From IMG/VR virus record IMGVR_UViG_3300033145_000155: a DNA stretch of 49,010 nucleotides; one strand, 5' to 3'. This document shows, piece by piece, positions 37,570 to 43,989 of this stretch (position 1 is its first letter; each line of letters starts with the position of its first letter). The translations under genes were made by a program, and so were the position numbers. The notes beneath the pieces are model-generated. The model did no database searches and had not been told where the DNA came from. It worked only from the letters and a program-made list of their open reading frames with translations. The DNA comes from a virus.

Positions 37570-37926
37570 ATGGAATTAACAGAAGTTGTGAAAAACGTAA
37601 CATTGTCAAAGGTTTGTTCAATCAAACCAGACAAGGATTCTGATGAGTCTAAATCAGTTACGCTAAATGTTAATTTTGACGGAGTAACCTTAAGTGATGT
37701 TTTCGCAAAGGCCGTTTCAAGCGCTGTTATTCAGTGGCAAAATGGGTCCGGGCGCAAACAGTTTGACTCATGGGAGCATAATGGTAAAGTCAACATTGAC
37801 TTTAAAGCGCCCGGTAAAGCACCACAAGTTGACCCTGAGACCGCAATGGTAGCGAAACTCAAAGGCATGAGTCCTGATGAACAAAAGGCGTATATTGAGA
37901 ATATGTTAGCCAAGGCAATCAAATAA
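37570..37926 (+). CDS. hypothetical protein (118 aa), paralog of the 42640 gene product
   Basis: SD GGAAGGAG, own terminator. Its C-terminus aligns without gaps to that of the 42640 protein (10/33 identical). Confidence 0.75.
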   Translation: MELTEVVKNVTLSKVCSIKPDKDSDESKSVTLNVNFDGVTLSDVFAKAVSSAVIQWQNGSGRKQFDSWEHNGKVNIDFKAPGKAPQVDPETAMVAKLKGMSPDEQKAYIENMLAKAIK

Positions 37927-37961
37927 CTAAACATTTTCATGGAGTTGCAAACATTAAGGAA

Positions 37962-37998
37962 AAGGGCAGTGGTTTAATTATCACTGCCCTTTCTTTTT
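37962..37998 (+). terminator. Rho-independent terminator
   Basis: AAGGGCAGTG, 10-nt loop, CACTGCCCTT, then TCTTTTT. Confidence 0.8.
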
Positions 37999-38504
37999 GC
38001 CAACATTCTATGTTGTTATACTTGGAACGTTGGACTTGGAACATAGCATTAAATAACTCTCTTTGTATCTACACTTGGAACACCTAACCATTAACCGCTG
38101 AACGTAACCTAAACCTTAACCTTAGGATGCAGTAGTGCATTCCAGCTAACATCTCCAGTTCGTTCAATGATAAAACGATCTGTTTGATGTTCAACTTGGA
38201 TTAAATACACTGAATTGTACATTGACATGAGGGTGTAGTTGTGTTAATGTATGTTTGTATTTATGTTTGTATGTAAATGTGTATCCTACAGATAATATAT
38301 AACCGTGGAATACATAAAACGATCTAAGGCATACATCTATAAATAATAATAAGTAATATATATATATACTATATATAAAGATATATATTAAAGAAGAAGG
38401 AGGACTAAGATCGTTTAATGGTTTTTGGTTTGGACATATCATCTGTAGGATACGGATTTACATGGTTACAAGGCTACATGATTACAAATGATTAGGAGGT
38501 AGAT
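37999..38504. other. Repeat-dense non-coding region; candidate replication origin or other cis-acting DNA site
   Basis: Contains iteron-like ACTTGGAAC x3 (+1 variant), a TAACC-rich tract, a PE25 copy, tandem 12-mers, nested inverted repeats around a (TA)n core, and TACATGRTTACAA x2. Confidence 0.5.
38157..38181. repeat. PE25 copy 16
   Basis: AGTTCGTTC-AATGATA-AAACGATCT. Confidence 0.7.
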
Positions 38505-38705
38505 ATGTTAGAGAAAATAGATGTTATGGAGTACTTTGGTGAATGGATAAGTGAAGATGAATGTGAGACAGTGATTGAATGTGCCTTGCGTAGAAGACGT
38601 TGTGGAGGGTTTACAGATCAGATGAATGCTGTTAGAGAGTATTTGAAAGAAGTGTTAGGACATGATGTTAGGTTTATGAGTGGATATAGGAGAGTTAAGA
38701 CATGA
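38505..38705 (+). CDS. hypothetical protein (66 aa)
   Basis: SD AGGAGG. Confidence 0.7.
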   Translation: MLEKIDVMEYFGEWISEDECETVIECALRRRRCGGFTDQMNAVREYLKEVLGHDVRFMSGYRRVKT

Positions 38706-39406
38706 ATAGAGAAATTAAGCAAGAGAGTAGTATGCCTGTGCAGTCAAGAGTGAGTATAATTGACTTAGCAAACTTAGATATGTATTGGACTGATACAGGG
38801 TATAGTGTTAAGACTATGAGTCAGTTAGTATCATGGAGTATGAGTTTGCTATATGAAGTGTTAGCGTCTAATAATTGCATAAAGGCACGTATTGATAGAG
38901 TAGATGATGCTAATAGGTATTTAGAGAGTAGAGGACTGTATCAGAGAAGTATGAGGGAGAAGGGATTTAAGAAGTTAGGAGCAGCTATTAAAATGGAAGT
39001 TATTAGGGATGAAAGAGGAAATGTTAAGGATGTACTACCAAGAGAGCATAACATACTACATAATAAGCGTAGCGTTAATAGTTTTGATGGTAGGATATTT
39101 AGCGGAGAGATTGAGAGAATGACTAAGATATATGAAGATAGTGAACCAAAGAAGGAAGCAATAAGTGAAGAGTCAAGGAAAGCTACTATGCAAGCAGTTG
39201 CAGACCGTATGAAGCGTGAGGACGAGGGTGAAAGTGAGGATATGAGCAAAAGCAAACTATCCAGCGAAACCTTAGTTGGTGAGAAAATGACTGGTGAGCA
39301 AGCAGAGAATAAAATGAAGGAGATTAAATTAAAAGATAAGGAAAGGGTTGAGGCAGAGAAGAGTTTGAACTTCAAGGATTTGATGAAAGGTGTGAGAAAT
39401 GAGTAA
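38702..39406 (+). CDS. hypothetical protein (234 aa), K/E-rich C-terminal half
   Basis: ATGA overlap, SD GGAG. Confidence 0.7.
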   Translation: MNREIKQESSMPVQSRVSIIDLANLDMYWTDTGYSVKTMSQLVSWSMSLLYEVLASNNCIKARIDRVDDANRYLESRGLYQRSMREKGFKKLGAAIKMEVIRDERGNVKDVLPREHNILHNKRSVNSFDGRIFSGEIERMTKIYEDSEPKKEAISEESRKATMQAVADRMKREDEGESEDMSKSKLSSETLVGEKMTGEQAENKMKEIKLKDKERVEAEKSLNFKDLMKGVRNE

Positions 39407-39629
39407 GATATTTATTGTAGCAGGTAACTATAAACAAACGAAAGAATATGCTATATGTAAAGGTATTAAATATAGTAGGTTCGTCTATGTTAATGAAATG
39501 TATAAGATGCAAGGTATAAGAAAAGGAAAGTTAATATTTACTGGATCATGGGATAGAAGACCCAATTTTAATATAGATGAAATTTTACTATATGCTAAGT
39601 ATATGCAATTTAACATTGTATATGATTAA
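39399..39629 (+). CDS. hypothetical protein (76 aa)
   Basis: Overlapping start, in the operon. Confidence 0.65.
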   Translation: MSKIFIVAGNYKQTKEYAICKGIKYSRFVYVNEMYKMQGIRKGKLIFTGSWDRRPNFNIDEILLYAKYMQFNIVYD

Positions 39630-39653
39630 GTTCGTTTTATAATAAAACAATCT
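39629..39653. repeat. PE25 copy 17
   Basis: AGTTCGTTT-TATAATA-AAACAATCT then GGAGG. Identical 31-mer to the copy at 2761. Confidence 0.85.
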
Positions 39654-39664
39654 GGAGGTGAAAG

Positions 39665-39874
39665 ATGAACAATCGAATAATTAGTCAAAAGGTAACTGGC
39701 CCAGAAAGAACATTTGTATCAGAGGATGTTAAGCATATCTTAGACCAGATAGATAACATTCTTTATATTCAACGTAAAATGATTGATACTATATTGAATG
39801 AGCAGGTTAAATGTATAGATACTAGTATACTTAGTGCAAAAGAATTAAATAGGTTAATGAAGAATGATTTGTAA
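39665..39874 (+). CDS. hypothetical protein (69 aa)
   Basis: SD from the PE25 flank. Confidence 0.7.
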   Translation: MNNRIISQKVTGPERTFVSEDVKHILDQIDNILYIQRKMIDTILNEQVKCIDTSILSAKELNRLMKNDL

Positions 39875-39904
39875 ACTGTAATAATATTACAGTGTTAATG
39901 CTTA

Positions 39905-39933
39905 TTGACAAACGGTTAAAATTATGTTATGGT
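39905..39933 (+). promoter_or_regulatory. sigma70-like promoter
   Basis: TTGACA, 17 nt, TATGGT, with TGt as an extended -10. The first 10 nt (TTGACAAACG) match the late promoter. Confidence 0.55.
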
Positions 39934-39996
39934 ATCACTGACACAATGGAAAAGGTAATGTTTGATAAACTATTAAATAAAGGAAAGGAAACTATT

Positions 39997-40197
39997 ATGA
40001 TTAAAACACAGTGTAATTGCAACTATGGATTTGTCGAAACAGGAATTGGCAACCCTATTGGGCCGGATCAAAACCATCTAATTATCCAAGTGCTTGATGT
40101 GGATGGTCATGTACTATACAGCAATCACTTTATCAATGAGGACATGGATGATCTTGAAATGAGGTGTATTAGATGTGGGGAAATAGCAAGGTATTAA
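39997..40197 (+). CDS. hypothetical Cys-rich protein (66 aa)
   Basis: Start moved downstream of the promoter to the ATG at 39997 (AAGGAAAGGAA upstream). Contains CNC...CIRC. Alternative starts are at 39946 and 39958. Confidence 0.5.
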   Translation: MIKTQCNCNYGFVETGIGNPIGPDQNHLIIQVLDVDGHVLYSNHFINEDMDDLEMRCIRCGEIARY

Positions 40198-40222
40198 TTA
40201 TGAAATGTAAGGAGATTTAATA

Positions 40223-40405
40223 ATGAATTACAAAAACATAACTTTAATCATGAAAATAAAAGGATTTGGAATAAGGACTGATATTGATGAGAGAGAAGCG
40301 ATAATTGAGGCGCTAACGAAAGACCTTGAAAATTGCAAAGGTGTTGAAAACTATCTTAGCGATCCAACTATTTCAATTTACGCAGAGGAAAAGGATGAAA
40401 TTTAA
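40223..40405 (+). CDS. hypothetical protein (60 aa)
   Basis: SD AAGGAG. Confidence 0.65.
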   Translation: MNYKNITLIMKIKGFGIRTDIDEREAIIEALTKDLENCKGVENYLSDPTISIYAEEKDEI

Positions 40406-40586
40406 AGTAACTATCAACTGGCATTGTGAGGTGTTAAAATTCTACACTCATGCCAAAAGTGATTCCAAAACACTCAACAATGCTATTAGTCAGTTGGCAA
40501 AGAGGGTGGGAAGAACTACAAGGTCTGTAAGACTTTATGTTACAGACCCTAACTATGATAGATGGAAAGTGGAGGTGTTGAGATGA
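40395..40586 (+). CDS. hypothetical protein (63 aa)
   Basis: Start moved to MKFKV (GAGGAAAAGG upstream). Confidence 0.6.
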   Translation: MKFKVTINWHCEVLKFYTHAKSDSKTLNNAISQLAKRVGRTTRSVRLYVTDPNYDRWKVEVLR

Positions 40587-40789
40587 AAAAGACAGTGGTT
40601 GACATAGGCTATGGAGATTTGGATATTTATGTAGATGGTCAATTAGCCCTTCATATTGGACAGGTTAGTGATGATGATACTATTAATCTCTTTCTATATC
40701 CTAAAGGTGATTTGGTTAAGTCTATAATGAATGAGGAAGATTCCAAGTCAGAATGTACTCATGAAATCCTGATACCGAAAAAGAGGTAA
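40583..40789 (+). CDS. hypothetical protein (68 aa)
   Basis: Start moved to MKKTVV (ATGA overlap, SD GGAGG). Confidence 0.65.
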   Translation: MKKTVVDIGYGDLDIYVDGQLALHIGQVSDDDTINLFLYPKGDLVKSIMNEEDSKSECTHEILIPKKR

Positions 40790-40793
40790 AATA

Positions 40794-40994
40794 ATGAAAG
40801 ACGAAACAAAAGTAAATGCTTACCTTCCAATATTAATGGCAGGAGCAATGGCTACAGTAAGAAATCCACAAAGGAAGGTTTATGGTGCCTCAACTATTAA
40901 ATCAAATAATTCACTGGAGATTAATAAACATCGTAAGAAGAGGAAGGCTAAGAATAAAATATCTATAGCGTCAAAGAGGAAAAATAGGAAATGA
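40794..40994 (+). CDS. hypothetical basic protein (66 aa)
   Basis: SD AGAGG. Confidence 0.6.
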   Translation: MKDETKVNAYLPILMAGAMATVRNPQRKVYGASTIKSNNSLEINKHRKKRKAKNKISIASKRKNRK

Positions 40995-40997
40995 ATA

Positions 40998-41022
40998 AGT
41001 TTGTTCAATCATTAAACAATCT
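40998..41022. repeat. PE25 copy 18
   Basis: AGTTTGTTC-AATCATT-AAACAATCT, followed by TAAAGAAAGGAGG as in copy 1. Confidence 0.7.
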
Positions 41023-41042
41023 TAAAGAAAGGAGGAACTCCA

Positions 41043-41174
41043 ATGCAGTATCTAAAAAAACGTAAGTTGTCGTGGGAAGATTATCTAATAGGCTTTATAA
41101 TCTTCGGATGTCTTTCTATCATCGGAGCGATAGCAGGAGCGGTGTTTGTATCTGTTTTGAACTTCATAGGGTGA
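41043..41174 (+). CDS. small membrane protein (43 aa)
   Basis: SD AAGGAGG. Hydrophobic LIGFIIFGCLSIIGAIAGAVFVSVL. Ends at GGG-TGA. Confidence 0.5.
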   Translation: MQYLKKRKLSWEDYLIGFIIFGCLSIIGAIAGAVFVSVLNFIG

Positions 41175-41308
41175 TATCATAAAGATTAAATGTCCAGAAT
41201 GTAAAAAGAAAGTTAAAATCATCCGCTTTGGCTATGGCTATGTTGCACACTGCTGTGGAAAGGTACTTTACAATGAAAGCAATGCAAATCATACAAAAAA
41301 GAATATAT

Positions 41309-41521
41309 ATGATAAAGCATAGTATTTACAAACCACCTTTACCATTGAAAAGGATGCGAAAATATCCTCCGCCGAAGTTTAAGGCATATCAAAAGAATGG
41401 TAAGGTTAGAATTTACACTGAGGAGGAAATAATTAAATATTGCGAGGAGAACAACTATGGAATTGACGAGAGAAGAAGAAGCAAATGTTCTCAAGGAGGA
41501 CCTTGTAAAGACTCATCGTAA
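41309..41521 (+). CDS. hypothetical protein, start uncertain
   Basis: Part of track ORF 41228-41521. The upstream part overlaps a zinc-ribbon-like frame. No clear SD. Confidence 0.3.
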   Translation: MIKHSIYKPPLPLKRMRKYPPPKFKAYQKNGKVRIYTEEEIIKYCEENNYGIDERRRSKCSQGGPCKDSS

Positions 41522-41762
41522 GTTAACAAAAGCACATAAGAAGATGAGAGCATCAAGGGAAACTTACCTTGAGCACGAAAAAGTGTGGAGTAAACTAAAT
41601 GAACAACATAGAAGATTGGACTATCAACTTGCTATGTTAGATGGGAGATATAAGGTGTTATCTCCTCAAGGGACAAGGAAGACAAGGGAAAAGGATGTAA
41701 GTGAGCTTACTACAGATCAGATATTAAGGATTGCTGAAGAGCTTGGAGTTGATCTGAAGTAA
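41457..41762 (+). CDS. hypothetical coiled-coil protein (101 aa)
   Basis: SD GAGGAG. Confidence 0.7.
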   Translation: MELTREEEANVLKEDLVKTHRKLTKAHKKMRASRETYLEHEKVWSKLNEQHRRLDYQLAMLDGRYKVLSPQGTRKTREKDVSELTTDQILRIAEELGVDLK

Positions 41763-41786
41763 TGAAATAAAAGGAGGCTAAATACA

Positions 41787-41954
41787 ATGAAAGTAACTAA
41801 TAAAGAATTCTCTGAGCAGAAAGGAGGTTTCATTGAGAAGTGTAAAAGAGTCTTTGGTGATGACTTATCAAATCGACAGCATAAACATCTACCTCTAACA
41901 AGACAAGCATCGAAATTTAGAATGGGAAAAGGGATTGTTTATCAATCTCAATAA
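41787..41954 (+). CDS. small hypothetical protein (55 aa)
   Basis: SD AAGGAGG. Below the track cutoff. Confidence 0.55.
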   Translation: MKVTNKEFSEQKGGFIEKCKRVFGDDLSNRQHKHLPLTRQASKFRMGKGIVYQSQ

Positions 41955-41981
41955 TAAATAAACTATAAAGGAGAGATTAAC

Positions 41982-42191
41982 ATGGAACAGACAGTATTTG
42001 ATTCACCATCAAAATATAATGTTGGAGAATTAATGAATAAGCTAAAGGATTATCCACCTGAATCTAAGATTAGAATAACTATCAGGATGGAAGGAAACGA
42101 AGAGCTAATATTTATGCCTATTAATGAAATTTACTTTGATAAAGACCTAAATGAACTTGATATAGATGCTCTATGGAAGGACAGAATTTAA
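41982..42191 (+). CDS. hypothetical protein (69 aa)
   Basis: SD AAGGAGAG. Confidence 0.7.
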   Translation: MEQTVFDSPSKYNVGELMNKLKDYPPESKIRITIRMEGNEELIFMPINEIYFDKDLNELDIDALWKDRI

Positions 42192-42208
42192 TATTAGGAG
42201 AATAACAA

Positions 42209-42355
42209 ATGAAAGCATTGAATATTATAGTAATAATCCTTTTAATCACAAACATTGTTTTACCTTTTATTTTAGAAGGTTCAGTAAATAAATGGAGTAG
42301 TGGTTTGGGATGGGGATTGGCTGTTGGATATTACTATATTATAATATCTACTTAA
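42209..42355 (+). CDS. small membrane protein (48 aa)
   Basis: SD AGGAG. Two hydrophobic stretches. Confidence 0.5.
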   Translation: MKALNIIVIILLITNIVLPFILEGSVNKWSSGLGWGLAVGYYYIIIST

Positions 42356-42370
42356 GAAAGGAGAAAAACA

Positions 42371-42535
42371 ATGGAGTACAATTTTAAACTAACACGACCA
42401 GCTAAGGCACACGGAGGAGATCGTTATGAGTATTCTGTTAAGGGTAAAGAAGATCACATGGTCTTCTACATCCCACAAAGTATATCAAGAAAGGAGGGAA
42501 AGATTAAAGATGAAATAAAAATTACTATTGAGTAA
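42371..42535 (+). CDS. small hypothetical protein (54 aa)
   Basis: SD AAGGAG. Confidence 0.55.
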   Translation: MEYNFKLTRPAKAHGGDRYEYSVKGKEDHMVFYIPQSISRKEGKIKDEIKITIE

Positions 42536-42562
42536 GTGGGAGTAAATACACAATGATTTCCG

Positions 42563-42591
42563 TTGACATTGTGTCAAACTTTTGTTATCAT
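42563..42591 (+). promoter_or_regulatory. near-consensus sigma70 promoter with an extended -10
   Basis: TTGACA, 17 nt, TATCAT, preceded by TGt. The -35 box is part of the palindrome TTGACA-TTG-TGTCAA. Confidence 0.65.
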
Positions 42592-42639
42592 GTAATTTCA
42601 TCAGATGGGAAACCATCAAAAAAACCAAGGAGGTTAGTA

Positions 42640-43011
42640 ATGAAGAAAGTAGTTGTAGACGCAAAAGTACCTGAGAACGTAGAAAAGGGGATCTCAGCAA
42701 TGACAGCAGCTATCACCGTTGACTATGCCGAGAATATTAAGGAAGCAGTTGAGATGTTTGGTGAGGAAGCAGTTCTCACAAATGCTTTCGCAAACTGGAG
42801 GGTAACACTGCAGGGCAACATTAGAGGTGCACTCAGACGTGGTGAGAATGCAGATGCTATTGCGGCTCGTCTCGCCAGTGCAAAGATGGGTGTTGCACAG
42901 AGTGGTGGAAAAGCTGACCCAGTTCAGGCTTACCTGGCGGCTTTCCAGAGTGCTACTCCCGACAAGCAGAAAGAAATGCTTGCAGAACTGCAGAAGAGAG
43001 CAGCTAAGTAA
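42640..43011 (+). CDS. hypothetical protein (123 aa), paralog of the 37570 gene product; monocistronic unit
   Basis: Start moved to MKKVVV (SD AAGGAGG). Has its own promoter and terminator. Visibly more G+C-rich than its surroundings. Confidence 0.75.
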   Translation: MKKVVVDAKVPENVEKGISAMTAAITVDYAENIKEAVEMFGEEAVLTNAFANWRVTLQGNIRGALRRGENADAIAARLASAKMGVAQSGGKADPVQAYLAAFQSATPDKQKEMLAELQKRAAK

Positions 43012-43026
43012 GTAAGTAAAACTAAG

Positions 43027-43058
43027 ACCTCCTGGTGTAAAGCCAGGAGGTTCTTTTT
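43027..43058 (+). terminator. Rho-independent terminator
   Basis: ACCTCCTGG, 7-nt loop, CCAGGAGGT, then TCTTTTT. Confidence 0.8.
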
Positions 43059-43096
43059 AACACTTAAAAATGGTACATTGAAGTAGAGTGTCTAAC

Positions 43097-43143
43097 AGTT
43101 TGTTTAATGATTAAACGATCTTTAATATTAAACGATCTTTAAT
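43097..43143. repeat. PE25 copy 19 plus a tandem duplication of its right arm
   Basis: AGTTTGTTT-AATGATT-AAACGATCT (43097-43121). The 17-mer ATTAAACGATCTTTAAT occurs twice in tandem (43110-43126 and 43127-43143). Confidence 0.8.
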
Positions 43144-43145
43144 AT

Positions 43146-43244
43146 AGTGATAGCGGTACAGCGGTAATGTACCTGCGCAACTCATCAGCGCATAAAGGGG
43201 TGTAGATTAGATTTACCGTATCGGTGAGAATCCGGTCTATCACT
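43146..43244 (+). ncRNA. non-canonical class-II tRNA-like cloverleaf (identity unassignable)
   Basis: 7-8-bp acceptor stem, 4-bp D stem (the loop has A14, GG and A21 equivalents), 5-bp anticodon stem with the 9-nt loop AACTCATCA, 6-bp variable-arm hairpin, and a 5-bp T stem abutting the acceptor 3' strand. The T loop is TGAGAAT, not TTCRANY, and position 8 is C. Confidence 0.35.
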
Positions 43245-43251
43245 TTAATAT

Positions 43252-43353
43252 GACGGGAGTGGCAACTATAGTAACCCTAAGGATTTAATCCTTGCAGAGC
43301 AGATAGTGTGAAAGTCACTCAAAATACTAATACACAAGATTCTGCCTCCCGTC
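43252..43353 (+). ncRNA. second structured RNA candidate in the same leader
   Basis: The 8-bp closing stem GACGGGAG/CTCCCGTC encloses the hairpin AAGGAT-tta-ATCCTT and the stem GCAGA/TCTGC. Confidence 0.3.
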
Positions 43354-43376
43354 TCACAATGAAAGGAGAAAAAGTA

Positions 43377-43607
43377 ATGGAGTTTCCAAAAGGTATACAT
43401 GGACATGACAGAGAGCATCCCGAAAGAAATCTGAAATGGTGTAAAGAACAAAAAGAGAAAATAGCAAAAGGGATAGAAGATAACCTGACAAGAGAATTTC
43501 AGAGAGATGAAAAATTTGAAAATCTAATGAAAGAAGTTGATAAAGGGGATTTTGAGATGGGTGTCAATGTCGGCACAGAAGAAAATCCCAGATGGATACA
43601 GCTTTAG
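43377..43607 (+). CDS. hypothetical protein (76 aa)
   Basis: Start moved to MEFPKG (SD AAAGGAGAA). Confidence 0.6.
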   Translation: MEFPKGIHGHDREHPERNLKWCKEQKEKIAKGIEDNLTREFQRDEKFENLMKEVDKGDFEMGVNVGTEENPRWIQL

Positions 43608-43715
43608 AAGAGGTTAATGCAAGAGGCTAGAAAATAAATATCGGTACAGCCCGCTTTGTGAAAACTGCGATGCCTCTCACAACAATCTTGACGAGAGTGG
43701 TTAAGGAGAAAGAAT

Positions 43716-43961
43716 ATGGGTGAGATAGCAGAAATGATGCTTAATGGGTTGCTTGACGGGGAGACCGGGGAATATATAGGTGACCTGAATATGAAACGCT
43801 ATGGTATGAAAGAACCAGGATTCCCTATTTCCTACGAGCGTGAGACAAGAGAAGCGGATGCGATAAAAACTAAATGTCCTCAATGCGGTAAAAGATTAAA
43901 AACAAGGGCTGGAGCATTACAACATCTTTGGGATAAACATGGCATGAAAACAGGTTTTTAG
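43716..43961 (+). CDS. C2H2 zinc-finger protein (81 aa)
   Basis: CPQC-x12-H-x4-H (KCPQCGKRLKTRAGALQHLWDKH). SD AAGGAG. Confidence 0.65.
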   Translation: MGEIAEMMLNGLLDGETGEYIGDLNMKRYGMKEPGFPISYERETREADAIKTKCPQCGKRLKTRAGALQHLWDKHGMKTGF

Positions 43962-43989
43962 TATAATATAATGAAAGGAGCAAAAGCAA

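Noticed and set aside
38191-38442. 83-aa minus-strand ORF from the track
   Set aside because: It lies entirely in the repeat-dense, (TA)n-containing non-coding region. The translation is low-complexity (YIFIYSIYIYYLLLF) and there is no SD. It is an artefact of A/T-rich repeats.
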